Source: a virus
Virus record (IMG/VR): IMGVR_UViG_3300024346_000012
Length of the DNA stretch: 64,000 nt
Direction: 5' to 3' (one strand)
Each line of letters begins with the position of its first letter. Positions within the stretch are counted from its first letter, which is position 1. Below the pieces are notes generated by a model. That model made no database searches and was not told where the DNA came from. It saw nothing but the letters and a program-made list of their open reading frames with translations. Both the position numbers and the translations under genes were made by a program. Positions 49,765-58,839 of the stretch are shown here, piece by piece.

Positions 49765-49994
49765 ATCTCCATTCCGGTGAATCCTTCTTGAGTCCAGCCA
49801 CGAGCATCAGCATGCCCGCTTTTGATATTATCATAATGACTATGAGGCCACATACCTTCTTTAAGAGCCCACTGCTTCATGTCTTTTTGAACCATAATAG
49901 ATTGTTCACCTTGAACAGTCTCAGCATATATGCGTTCGATTTCATCTACAGACATTTCAAATCCATTACGAGTTGATTGAATCCAAGGCTTCAT
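49755..49994 (-). CDS. Hypothetical protein
   Basis: TAATG-coupled ORF. Confidence 0.6.
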   Translation of the reverse strand: MKPWIQSTRNGFEMSVDEIERIYAETVQGEQSIMVQKDMKQWALKEGMWPHSHYDNIKSGHADARGWTQEGFTGMEICE

Positions 49995-50194
49995 TACACA
50001 GCCCTCTTAGCAGCTAAGAATTGATCTGCCATATCGTCAAAGAACGAATTAAAGCTTTCACCTAATTTTTCTATCCAACCGTCAAGAGCCAAATCAGACT
50101 CAACATAGTTCCATATGACTGTGCCATCAGGAGTTTGGTTAACATAGTTATTGCACGCTTTTTCAAAGGCGGTTACGAATTCAGAATCAAACAT
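49994..50194 (-). CDS. Hypothetical protein
   Basis: WNYVESD motif; TAATG-coupled. Confidence 0.65.
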   Translation of the reverse strand: MFDSEFVTAFEKACNNYVNQTPDGTVIWNYVESDLALDGWIEKLGESFNSFFDDMADQFLAAKRAV

Positions 50195-50451
50195 TAAGCT
50201 GCCTCACATACGTTGTTCATGATACGGTTAAAAAACTTTTTAGCTCCATCGTCATCAGCAAAACCTTCTTCAGATGCGAAATCCATATCTGAAGAAAGAT
50301 AGCAATCAGAAGCAATGCCGTAACGCTCTACCAAATATACACCATCAGCAGTATCATCTGCACGACGTTCGATTTCACCTTCAGCGGTTTGAATACGAAA
50401 GCTAAGACCAGCGTTACAAGCATTTACAAAGTTGATTCCGAATTTTGACAT
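50194..50451 (-). CDS. Hypothetical protein
   Basis: SSDMDFASEEGF motif; AAGGAG SD; first gene after promoter. Confidence 0.65.
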   Translation of the reverse strand: MSKFGINFVNACNAGLSFRIQTAEGEIERRADDTADGVYLVERYGIASDCYLSSDMDFASEEGFADDDGAKKFFNRIMNNVCEAA

Positions 50452-50474
50452 TGTTTTCTCCTTTTGATATAACC

Positions 50475-50503
50475 TTTATACAGCATGTTGAAAGCAATGT
50501 ACA
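50475..50503 (-). promoter_or_regulatory. Early promoter TGTACA-N17-TATAAA
   Basis: Promoter family member within repeat copy 2. Confidence 0.7.
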
Positions 50504-50560
50504 CGTTTATTTTCGCTTTTATGCGTTTTTGTTTAGTTTAGAAACAACGGCTTATAATTT
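50479..50560. repeat. 82 bp direct repeat, copy 2 (promoter cassette)
   Basis: 76/82 identical to 43003..43084. Confidence 0.9.
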
Positions 50561-50562
50561 TT

Positions 50563-50703
50563 TTATCCGTGTTCAAAACGAGCATATGAAGGCGGTACTG
50601 TTTCCACTTCTTCTTTTTTATATTCTTTGTTAATTTTTACCCAACCTAACCATTCTGCTGGACTATCAGTTACGTCATCACAAGGATCATCGCTATCTGC
50701 CAT
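50563..50703 (-). CDS. Small hypothetical protein (46 aa)
   Basis: MADSDDPCDDVTDSPAEWLGW...; GAGG SD; overlaps the upstream stop. Confidence 0.5.
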   Translation of the reverse strand: MADSDDPCDDVTDSPAEWLGWVKINKEYKKEEVETVPPSYARFEHG

Positions 50704-51001
50704 CTTTACCTCTTAATGCTTGAAGTCCATATTTTACTCTACTTGGGTACTCACCTAAAAATGTACCAGCTTGTAGCATATCTTTACTTATACAATCCTT
50801 ATGGAAATGATCAATATTATCCCAATATTCTAACATTTTCTTTGTTAGTCTGTCAAAATAGCTATCCGACAGTATAGGACGATCTTCTTCATAATATGCA
50901 TATGAAGCCATAAGATACCATGGTACTGTCATATTAATATTGTCGTCAATTAGATCTCCACAGTCTTTGTCAAATATTCGATCTTCTTTACGTTTGGCCA
51001 T
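50693..51001 (-). CDS. Stand-alone NAD-dependent DNA ligase subdomain Ia-like protein
   Basis: AYYEEDRPILSDSYFD matches the YY..D.P.I.D..YD pattern. Confidence 0.65.
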   Translation of the reverse strand: MAKRKEDRIFDKDCGDLIDDNINMTVPWYLMASYAYYEEDRPILSDSYFDRLTKKMLEYWDNIDHFHKDCISKDMLQAGTFLGEYPSRVKYGLQALRGKDGR

Positions 51002-51356
51002 AGTAAGCCTCCGTTAATTGTTTCTCCTTTACAAGCGCTTCAATTTCATGCGGCCTTTTCTCATACGGAAGATCATAATCCATCTCTTCTTTATAGAGAT
51101 ACTGTTTAACATGAACGAGTTCATGCAAAAGTGTGGTTACGATTTCTTTTTGGGAAAGGGTTGTATCAAAGCGGATCGTGAAGTCACGATCGTCTTCATA
51201 CATGCAGTCGCCATATACTCCTTTATTGCGCATTGCAATAATATTTATATAAACGTGTTTATGGCGCGGAAATAATTTTTTACGTCCAAACTCCATTACG
51301 TCACAGATTAAATCTTGAAACTTAACGGATCGTATATTTTCAAACTCTATCATCAT
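50988..51356 (-). CDS. Zn metallopeptidase-like protein (HExxH)
   Basis: TLLHELVHVKQY...PHEIEA. Confidence 0.75.
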   Translation of the reverse strand: MMIEFENIRSVKFQDLICDVMEFGRKKLFPRHKHVYINIIAMRNKGVYGDCMYEDDRDFTIRFDTTLSQKEIVTTLLHELVHVKQYLYKEEMDYDLPYEKRPHEIEALVKEKQLTEAYYGQT

Positions 51357-51362
51357 AGTCAG

Positions 51363-51391
51363 ATCCTACAGCATCTGAAAGATAATGTACA
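51363..51391 (-). promoter_or_regulatory. Early promoter TGTACA-N17-TAGGAT
   Basis: Promoter family member; partial third copy of the 82 bp cassette. Confidence 0.75.
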
Positions 51392-51400
51392 CAGTTAATT

Positions 51401-52000
51401 TTAACTTTTTGTTCTTATTTCAACATTTTTTGGAACACTAAATTTAATATTATTGTGCTTGTGATATAAAACAAATTGTGTATCGCTAAACTCATTAAAA
51501 ATCCCTTGCCAGATTGGCCTCCAATTATCGTTTAATCTGACGTTATTTGTTGCACCGCGGTCTGAGTTAAGAACAAAATCTGTACTGCTTCTTAGGTTCA
51601 TATCAAAAAGCGAATCGAAACCATACAAATGGATCTCTGTAGCTTTTATTTTATTTGCAATATAGTGAGCTGCGAAATGGCCGCAATTTAGGTTTGTGTA
51701 ATTCTTAGCATACTCAGGTAGTACCTTATAGAATTCTCTTATTTGAGAACCAAATCTCATTTTAAAATTACCTTCATTTTTATCATACCAGATAGATGGC
51801 CTATAGCCCATAATCCAATCTCCAGGTATAACAACACTACCTTCAGTAATAGCCTTACACATTTTAAAATCAACAATTGTAGTGGCATAAGTATTACGCA
51901 CAGTAAACGGAGGCAAATTACATGTTATCTTTATTCCTTTGGCCGGTTTATACATTGAAGCATTATCACCATTTCCTATAAGATGCGCTACTTTACTCAT
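51401..52000 (-). CDS. Putative glycosyltransferase-related protein (Maf/sialyltransferase-like Rossmann fold)
   Basis: LIGNG...CN...IHLYGFD pattern; last gene of the GT cluster. Confidence 0.5.
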   Translation of the reverse strand: MSKVAHLIGNGDNASMYKPAKGIKITCNLPPFTVRNTYATTIVDFKMCKAITEGSVVIPGDWIMGYRPSIWYDKNEGNFKMRFGSQIREFYKVLPEYAKNYTNLNCGHFAAHYIANKIKATEIHLYGFDSLFDMNLRSSTDFVLNSDRGATNNVRLNDNWRPIWQGIFNEFSDTQFVLYHKHNNIKFSVPKNVEIRTKS

Positions 52001-52638
52001 TTAATTGTCTCACTAATCATTTGCTTTTTAATTTCTGCTTTACCTTTAGCTCCAGTCCAGTGCATAACCTTTATATTTGGAGGGTTGGTATTATCTAATA
52101 GATCTAGGCGTAGTACGTTATAACCTCTTGGGATATCTATTATGCTTACAATTCTATTTAAATTTTGGCCAACTAGTTCGTGAAGTATATCTTGGTCACC
52201 ATACATTGGGTGAGTCGACTCACTACTTTTTATCTTACAGACTTTAGCCCAATTTGCTAAAATAGAAGGTAGTCCTTTAAATACCACCACTCCGCTGTTG
52301 TGCCACGTTTCGCCTCTGCGTTTTGTCCACGGAACATCTTCTACTAAGCTTAATTTATTATGTTCTGCATAGTTAAAAATATCTTCAATGTTAGATCTGA
52401 TTTCGCAGTCAGTATCTAGCCAGCAAACACTACGAGCCATACCAGAAGCTGCAATCATGGATGAAGGCTTTTTAAACCATGTCTGGCATCCTAAAAACCT
52501 GGTGTCAAAATCAAACACTTCGAGATGCGCATTTGGCATATGCTTATAGAATTTTTCTTTAAACCATGGTAGCATCCACTTAGTATTTGAATCGCAACCA
52601 GTTATAAAAAGTTTATTATATAATTTCATAATTTTCAT
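51997..52638 (-). CDS. GT-A glycosyltransferase (GT8/GT77-like)
   Basis: WFKKP...WLDTD...NSGVV...GDQDIL...YN...HWTG. Confidence 0.8.
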   Translation of the reverse strand: MKIMKLYNKLFITGCDSNTKWMLPWFKEKFYKHMPNAHLEVFDFDTRFLGCQTWFKKPSSMIAASGMARSVCWLDTDCEIRSNIEDIFNYAEHNKLSLVEDVPWTKRRGETWHNSGVVVFKGLPSILANWAKVCKIKSSESTHPMYGDQDILHELVGQNLNRIVSIIDIPRGYNVLRLDLLDNTNPPNIKVMHWTGAKGKAEIKKQMISETIK

Positions 52639-53257
52639 TCCATGAATGTTTAGCGTAGCAACCTTGTTCTTTTTGAATAGTAGTAAAGGTATCTCTTGCT
52701 TCTACAGGCCAGGGATAATATTCTTCAAGCCAGGGAAAGGTGTCTATGTGTAGAAAGACATCGGTAGGTCTTGCATACTTTTGAGCTTGATTTATAAGCT
52801 GCTGAGCTCCCCAAGGATTAATTCTGTATGCGTGAGCACCAGGAAAGTATCTTTTAGAAACTAGCTTGTTTTTACCCAGTAGAGGCGGAATATTAAATTT
52901 GCCGTATGAAGGCTTGCCCAAACTTATACATCCATTAAATGCCATATTGGGAATGTAATCAACCACTACAGCATCGTGTTCAAAGATTGTAATTTCTTCT
53001 TTTATCTCTGTGCAGTGTTTCCACAAAGACCAATGAGAGTGAAATGCTGCCATACAATTTTCAAGTCTAGAATATTTTTCTTTAAAGCCTTCTTCTTTAA
53101 TGCCAGATGCTTCAAGTAAACTAGGCAAAAGAGTATTAGGAACAGTAGCACCCCATTTGGTAATCGAGATTCCTCTTTTTTTACCGGATTCTATACATCT
53201 TTCAGCCGATTCAACAGATTTACGATTCGTAAGTATTGTAATAACATAATTTTTCAT
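52616..53257 (-). CDS. Glycosyltransferase family 25-like
   Basis: YVITI...SHWSLW...IFEHDA...GAHAY.I.P.GA. Confidence 0.8.
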   Translation of the reverse strand: MKNYVITILTNRKSVESAERCIESGKKRGISITKWGATVPNTLLPSLLEASGIKEEGFKEKYSRLENCMAAFHSHWSLWKHCTEIKEEITIFEHDAVVVDYIPNMAFNGCISLGKPSYGKFNIPPLLGKNKLVSKRYFPGAHAYRINPWGAQQLINQAQKYARPTDVFLHIDTFPWLEEYYPWPVEARDTFTTIQKEQGCYAKHSWNENYEII

Positions 53258-53946
53258 TGTGTAGTAGTACTCTTTAAATTTTGAATAGTAGTATAGAATT
53301 TCTGCGTAACGTATAAATTAGGAAATAGCTGTTTACACATTATAGCATCATTGGGCCACAGTCCAAATTCTTCTACAAGCTTAAGCATCTTTATAGCTCC
53401 ACTTGGTTTAATTATATATGCACTATTTCCAGCTAATCCCTGAGGTACATTCTCGTTATCTACTTTAGGAGCAAGCTGAAATATATTTTGGTTACTAGTA
53501 ATTTTATGATGATATACTCTGGATTTTCTTGTACATCCAAGAGGATTATTAATTCCTATGATCTGACCTTTACATGCATTTGGATCAATATCTAATTTGT
53601 TTATAAAACAAGAGTCATGCTCTAATACTAGTATTGTTTCATTAAGCGTGGCTGCTTCTAACCATAAGGAGTAGTGACTTAGCGCTGTAGCTATCCTGGC
53701 TTTAGGTCTGGCCGTTACATATGCTCTTTTAGTTAGACCTGTTGCGAAATCAGTTACTTCACCTTTCCAAGGATAGTTCCACCGTAACTTTTGTTTTAAT
53801 AAAAGAGCATCAACTTGGCTTGGAATAATAGCATCAAACCTATTAATTTCAAAGTTGTTGTCGACTTTAAAAGAGCTTGCGAGCAATCCATTAAACCCAT
53901 ATTCAGAAATATCGTGGTCTTTAATTACTATAGCATATGTTTTCAT
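53254..53946 (-). CDS. Glycosyltransferase family 25-like
   Basis: RFDA...ALSHYSLW...VLEHD...AYIIKPSGA...PND. Confidence 0.8.
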   Translation of the reverse strand: MKTYAIVIKDHDISEYGFNGLLASSFKVDNNFEINRFDAIIPSQVDALLLKQKLRWNYPWKGEVTDFATGLTKRAYVTARPKARIATALSHYSLWLEAATLNETILVLEHDSCFINKLDIDPNACKGQIIGINNPLGCTRKSRVYHHKITSNQNIFQLAPKVDNENVPQGLAGNSAYIIKPSGAIKMLKLVEEFGLWPNDAIMCKQLFPNLYVTQKFYTTIQNLKSTTTQ

Positions 53947-53976
53947 TTTTTTACTCTAAAAATATTTCTGAAAATA

Positions 53977-54519
53977 TCATTTTTTAGCAACTTTCAATGT
54001 TTTAGAATTTTTCACGAACTTAGATTCTGAAAATAATTCATTAGTGTACAATTTTTCAACTTCTCTATTACAATCGTGTATAAAGACAGTAGTAGATTTA
54101 TCTGCTAATTTCCAAGCAGTGAATATACTTTGCATTCTTCCTGGCGCGCTATCCTTAGAACCTTGTGGAGCATCTACTAATATAACATCCCATGCAGTTT
54201 TAGTTATTTTATTAGGAAGAATCATTTCTAAATTTTTATAGTTATGCTCTTTAAACTCATCCAACAGCTGTTGATATTCAAATCTTTTAGTTTTATAATT
54301 TACTTTAATTACATCTTTTTCATTTTGCATCCATCTATCGTCATCTTCAAGAAAGTAAGTTATTCCACTATTATTACAAATTCTCCAATAGTCTGTATCT
54401 TTGCCTGTTCCAAAAACAAGAAAACTTTTACTTCCTAAATGAGAAGCTATAAATTCGTATTCGTGTCTTTCCATTTGCTTATTATTTGATATAGCATCTA
54501 AGATTAATTGTTTATCCAT
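53977..54519 (-). CDS. DUF579-like polysaccharide O-methyltransferase
   Basis: FLVFGTG...FLED...WDVILVDAPQG...APGRMQSIFTA...VFIHD..REVE. Confidence 0.75.
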   Translation of the reverse strand: MDKQLILDAISNNKQMERHEYEFIASHLGSKSFLVFGTGKDTDYWRICNNSGITYFLEDDDRWMQNEKDVIKVNYKTKRFEYQQLLDEFKEHNYKNLEMILPNKITKTAWDVILVDAPQGSKDSAPGRMQSIFTAWKLADKSTTVFIHDCNREVEKLYTNELFSESKFVKNSKTLKVAKK

Positions 54520-55289
54520 AAATCATGAGCCTCCTTAAGTAATGATTCTCTATGTCTATAAGTTCCTGTATAATGAACACCATTCACTCCATCTAAATTT
54601 ATATAAGATTTGCCTGAGGTAAAACCACTTCTTTCTCTTTGCAATTTTTCCCATATTCCGGGTATAACGTGAAAGCTTTGAGGTATTTCTTTTTGTTTTA
54701 TATTAAATTTTGCACACGTATAATATAAAAAACTTTGGTGTGGCTGTCTACAATTAAAAAGATTTAAATTATTAAAAATATGATCTTGTGAAAAATATTC
54801 TATATGTGATCTATCATATAAAACTAAACTGCTATTCGCGTATTTGGTCCAATCATAATATACCTCCATTAGATTATTTTCTTTTATATATTTTTTTATA
54901 GATTCAAATGAAACATTACTGGATGGCGTTGGCATTCCTTTTTTTAGATTCATATGTAATTCTGGATTAAATCCTAAGTAACCTTCTGGTATTAATTGAA
55001 ATAGATTATCTGCTTTAGACTTAATTATATATGAATCATCTATAACAGCTATTCTATCATATTTTTTTAAGTATTTTTCTACAACTAAAGCTTTAGCAAT
55101 ATAACCTTTTTTATTTGGTCTTCCCACATTTATAAATTTATTTTCAAAATTATTTATAGATTCATAATTACATTCACTTTCTACAATAAAATCGCTATTA
55201 ATATTTTTAGCATATCTTTCCATTGCACTAAAGGTATATTTTGTCCAAGGTCTTTTACCAATTGATACACAAACTATTGCATGATTCAT
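54504..55289 (-). CDS. GT-A-like glycosyltransferase, divergent
   Basis: YAKNINSDF...YDRIAVIDD...NLF...NS...Q...HYTG. Confidence 0.6.
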   Translation of the reverse strand: MNHAIVCVSIGKRPWTKYTFSAMERYAKNINSDFIVESECNYESINNFENKFINVGRPNKKGYIAKALVVEKYLKKYDRIAVIDDSYIIKSKADNLFQLIPEGYLGFNPELHMNLKKGMPTPSSNVSFESIKKYIKENNLMEVYYDWTKYANSSLVLYDRSHIEYFSQDHIFNNLNLFNCRQPHQSFLYYTCAKFNIKQKEIPQSFHVIPGIWEKLQRERSGFTSGKSYINLDGVNGVHYTGTYRHRESLLKEAHDLWINN

Positions 55290-55295
55290 AATTAA

Positions 55296-56051
55296 TTACC
55301 CGTATAATTCTATAATTTTTTTCTTATTATTGCCCGTATAATGAGCAAAATTACAAGGATAATCTTCATCCCTTGTTGGTGTTCTATTCCATTCTATTCC
55401 TAGTTCTTTAACATCAAAATTATACTTATTAAACATTACATTTAAGAATGGTTGGTCATAGCAATGTGAAGAATGTCCTACATTTTTAAGAGTTTTATCT
55501 AAAAATGGATTATTATAATTAAAATAGTCTTCATGACTATCAAATAATTTTCTAGCTTTTATTCTGGCATCTCTAGACCATATCATAACGCCTGTATTAA
55601 TAATTCTAATACTATTTTCTACAGTTTTAGGTTTTATAATAGGAGCACCAAACTTTTTAAAACGGTTTTCTAATGGAACGGAAAGTCTCCATCCGTTTGG
55701 ATCTTTTCTGGCAGGGTGATTGTGTTCAGGCCAACCTGCCACATCTTTAACATCTAAATTAAAAATATTTTCTTTCATATTTTTAGGTATAACATCGATA
55801 TCAACAAATAACAATTTGTCAAATTTATCAAAATATGGGTCTAAGTAAATTCTACAAGCTTCAAAGTAATTAGATTTGGTTTTTACTGTTCTTTCATTAG
55901 AAAAAAAATATTCTGCATTATGTACATCAGCATACTCTTTAAAATAGTTTTTACTTATATCAACAACTTTATCAACATAATTATAAAAATCATGGTTTTT
56001 ACCAACATGCATGTCATTTTTATCTAACCAATATTGGAAAATGACATTCAT
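55296..56051 (-). CDS. GT-A glycosyltransferase (GT8-like)
   Basis: FVDID...NTGV...DQPFLN...WN...HYTG. Confidence 0.8.
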   Translation of the reverse strand: MNVIFQYWLDKNDMHVGKNHDFYNYVDKVVDISKNYFKEYADVHNAEYFFSNERTVKTKSNYFEACRIYLDPYFDKFDKLLFVDIDVIPKNMKENIFNLDVKDVAGWPEHNHPARKDPNGWRLSVPLENRFKKFGAPIIKPKTVENSIRIINTGVMIWSRDARIKARKLFDSHEDYFNYNNPFLDKTLKNVGHSSHCYDQPFLNVMFNKYNFDVKELGIEWNRTPTRDEDYPCNFAHYTGNNKKKIIELYG

Positions 56052-56833
56052 TCTATTGCTTTCATAAGTTCATTCACATCTTCACCCCTATTTGGGAGTT
56101 TATCCTTAAGAAAGAAGTGAACAAAGTGACATTCTTTAATACGTGTATTTGCAGTAAACAAACCGTTCCACTTCCAATCCATATTTTTAATCTTCATGTT
56201 TTCTTCACGGATCCACGTATTTAAAAGTGTCTGGTCAGTAGACCATTTCCAAGCGCCCATACCATCAACGAAAGGTTTAAACTCAGAACGACGAAGAAAC
56301 TGAGCCGGCGTTTGACCCCTTAGGTATTCTTGGATTTTTTGATTCATAACCATAATGCCCATGTTCATGAACTCGGCACCAAGATTGTTCCACTTCCAAT
56401 CTACTTTCTTAATTGTTTGATACTGCATGCGTGAGTAGTTTGTGATTTTACCTTGGTACTGTTTTGTAATAGGCATCTCACGTTCAACCACGCCACCAAA
56501 ATCGTACTGTGGTTCTAAGTCATCAAAGATATTTGGTGCACCAGGACGAATCCACACGTCAGCATCTACTATTGCCACCTGGTCATAAGTCTTAAGATAT
56601 GAAAATGCATTTTCTTTTTCATAAATCGGTAGGTACCCACCATATTTTTCATATGACTCACGACTACGATTCGTAGAAAACACGTCAGGCTTAATCATAA
56701 GTATGGGGTTTCTTTGCACTTCATGTGCAATACCATGCGCCTTACAGTATTCTGCTACTGACTGAACACAATGATCATAGAGTTTCGAGCGCTTTCCGAT
56801 GTAGACTTGATAAATTAGTTTTTTCATTTTCAT
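56048..56833 (-). CDS. GT-A glycosyltransferase (GT8-like)
   Basis: IVDAD...NMG...DQTLLN...WN...HFF. Confidence 0.8.
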   Translation of the reverse strand: MKMKKLIYQVYIGKRSKLYDHCVQSVAEYCKAHGIAHEVQRNPILMIKPDVFSTNRSRESYEKYGGYLPIYEKENAFSYLKTYDQVAIVDADVWIRPGAPNIFDDLEPQYDFGGVVEREMPITKQYQGKITNYSRMQYQTIKKVDWKWNNLGAEFMNMGIMVMNQKIQEYLRGQTPAQFLRRSEFKPFVDGMGAWKWSTDQTLLNTWIREENMKIKNMDWKWNGLFTANTRIKECHFVHFFLKDKLPNRGEDVNELMKAIE

Positions 56834-57068
56834 AACTCTCTAAAATTTTTTTGGCTAGACTCATAGCCTCACTAAAGCCTTCTTTGAATCTATTACTTTT
56901 ATGGCCGTCTTTCACGAAATTCTCTAAACTACGTACATCGCTATCGCAACTTGGCATACTATAGTTTTTTTGATAAACAATAGCTTCCCACTGGGTTCTA
57001 AGATTTAAAATAGTAAAAATATCAGCCTTTGAGATCTTGGTTTTCATACTCGTCATTATCGCTTTCAT
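56775..57068 (-). CDS. Hypothetical protein
   Basis: Overlap-coupled ORF. Confidence 0.6.
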   Translation of the reverse strand: MKAIMTSMKTKISKADIFTILNLRTQWEAIVYQKNYSMPSCDSDVRSLENFVKDGHKSNRFKEGFSEAMSLAKKILESYENEKTNLSSLHRKALETL

Positions 57069-57207
57069 TATCGAACATTACTTCATTAATCATGTGTCGG
57101 CTTGGTCCTTCGCTAAATTCTTTTATTCGAGGATCTTTCTGTAGAGACATTGATTTGTGTCTACCATTTTTTTTATTGCGAGGATCATATCTAGAATATT
57201 TTGCCAT
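57022..57207 (-). CDS. Hypothetical protein
   Basis: MAKYSRYDPRNKK start; AAGG SD. Confidence 0.6.
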   Translation of the reverse strand: MAKYSRYDPRNKKNGRHKSMSLQKDPRIKEFSEGPSRHMINEVMFDNESDNDEYENQDLKG

Positions 57208-57218
57208 CTTGCCTTTCC

Positions 57219-57803
57219 TTAAGTTATATAATGGTATATATCTTTCCAGTTTTTCATTAACGGAAACTTCTCGTTATTCATGTTATGGCCATGCTCGACC
57301 AAAATGCTTTCTAAACCAAGGCTATCACCTAGCTCAGCGTTCTCTAATTTATCTTCTATCCACAAAAGGCCAGAGTCCCTGTAAGGTTCTAGAACCTCGT
57401 CTTTATCAGCACCGGTATCACAGAATATAAACTTCTCGAATACTGTTTCTCCAAATAACTTCTTGGTATTTTGAATACGAAGAGCCTGAGCATTATGATC
57501 AAGCGATAGAGAAGTAATCATATGAAAGACATATCCATGCTTACGATGCAATAAGTCGACATAGTACATAGCATCACGCAGCGGAGGAAGAAAACCGATA
57601 GCAGCTGATTCATTAAAAAACTTAACTAGTCCTTTCTTTTCAGTGTTAGTTAGTCCGTAACGATCACCCATATCATAATGGCCTGGACCGCTTGCAGTCA
57701 TTTCATAACCATGAGCTTGCATCCACGTATTAAATGCATATTCCCAATTCATTAGGACTCCATCACAATCTGTGAGGATTACTTTATTCAAATTATCAAT
57801 CAT
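57219..57803 (-). CDS. HAD-family phosphatase (T4 gp30.2-like / 5'-nucleotidase-like)
   Basis: ILTDCDGVL...ITS...WIEDK..NA. Confidence 0.8.
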   Translation of the reverse strand: MIDNLNKVILTDCDGVLMNWEYAFNTWMQAHGYEMTASGPGHYDMGDRYGLTNTEKKGLVKFFNESAAIGFLPPLRDAMYYVDLLHRKHGYVFHMITSLSLDHNAQALRIQNTKKLFGETVFEKFIFCDTGADKDEVLEPYRDSGLLWIEDKLENAELGDSLGLESILVEHGHNMNNEKFPLMKNWKDIYHYIT

Positions 57804-57827
57804 ATATTTCTCCTTAATTACAATGCT

Positions 57828-57856
57828 ATTCTACACTATAACTAATGGAATGTACA
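57828..57856 (-). promoter_or_regulatory. Early promoter TGTACA-N17-TAGAAT
   Basis: Promoter family member; heads the HAD-GT gene run. Confidence 0.8.
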
Positions 57857-57876
57857 CGTTTAAGTTTTGTTTAAAA

Positions 57877-58572
57877 TCAATAACCTAGCATTTCTTTTGT
57901 CATTATGTAGTCTCTTACAAAATCAGATCTTACGATATCTTCCCACCCAAAATTAACTATAGTGAAATTCTTGAGTTGTTCTACAATTTGTAAGAACTTG
58001 ACAATTCCTGCTTTTTCATCATCATATTTAAAATCGCTCTGTTTATAGTCTCCGCAGAAAATAATCTTGCTGTGTCTACCTACTCGAGTAATCACAGAGT
58101 CTAGTTCATGAAAATTTAAGTTTTGCATTTCATCAACCACAATAACAGTATTGTCGTATGTAGTTCCTCTTATAAACGATGTAGAATCAAACTGCATTTG
58201 ATTAGCGCTAATCATTTTATTATACGAAGATTTGTCACCAAATAACTCGTGACATATATTTTTATAGGGCAACGTAAAAGCATCTTCTTTTTCTTGTTTA
58301 GTTCCAGGCAAAAACCCCATATCTCTGGTAGGAACCATAGAACGTATTACTACAAGTTTGTCATGCTCTGTTTCTTTATCTAGGACATCTTCTAATGCCA
58401 GATAAAGAGCCATGAAAGTTTTACCAGTTCCTGCAGAACCAGTAAGAACTAAATTATCTCCGTCGTCCCATGATTTGTAAGTTTTTTCTTGATTTAGCGT
58501 GAGAGGGTCAAACTGAAGAAGATCATCCAGTCTGACCGTCATAGAATTATTTGTTGTTTTTTTACGATGCAT
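57877..58572 (-). CDS. phoH: PhoH-like ATPase
   Basis: GSAGTGKT, GFLPG, FIRGTT, DEMQN, GDYKQSD, DIVRS. Confidence 0.93.
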   Translation of the reverse strand: MHRKKTTNNSMTVRLDDLLQFDPLTLNQEKTYKSWDDGDNLVLTGSAGTGKTFMALYLALEDVLDKETEHDKLVVIRSMVPTRDMGFLPGTKQEKEDAFTLPYKNICHELFGDKSSYNKMISANQMQFDSTSFIRGTTYDNTVIVVDEMQNLNFHELDSVITRVGRHSKIIFCGDYKQSDFKYDDEKAGIVKFLQIVEQLKNFTIVNFGWEDIVRSDFVRDYIMTKEMLGY

Positions 58573-58575
58573 AAC

Positions 58576-58803
58576 CTAATTATTAATTGTGCTGTTCGGA
58601 TTGTTTGATTTAATACGACCCAGCATGTTGTTCCATTCGCTTCCAGCTCTGCGTAGAGTGCTAGTAGTATCTGCTACAAATTTTGCTGTAGATAACTTTT
58701 GCTCCCACTTATCATCAGCTAGAAACTCTTCTCGTTCTGCGAGCGATAGAACCATATCATGTTCCTCACCCGTTTCTTTATTGATCATTGTATATGATGG
58801 CAT
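58576..58803 (-). CDS. FmdB-like small protein (T4-like conserved)
   Basis: MPSYT...ETGE...W..MLGRIK, adjacent to phoH. Confidence 0.65.
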   Translation of the reverse strand: MPSYTMINKETGEEHDMVLSLAEREEFLADDKWEQKLSTAKFVADTTSTLRRAGSEWNNMLGRIKSNNPNSTINN

Positions 58804-58812
58804 CTTAGATAT

Positions 58813-58830
58813 TGGGGGCTTTCGCCCCCA
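58813..58830. promoter_or_regulatory. GC-rich GAAA-tetraloop hairpin between SD and start codon
   Basis: Minus strand: AAGGA-TGGGGGC-GAAA-GCCCCCA-9 nt-ATG. Confidence 0.6.
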
Positions 58831-58839
58831 TCCTTTCTT

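Noticed and set aside
51242-55158. TATAAATA matches inside coding regions (~51242, 55151)
   Set aside because: Intragenic in very AT-rich sequence and plausibly chance; not called, although 55151 could give late expression of downstream GT genes
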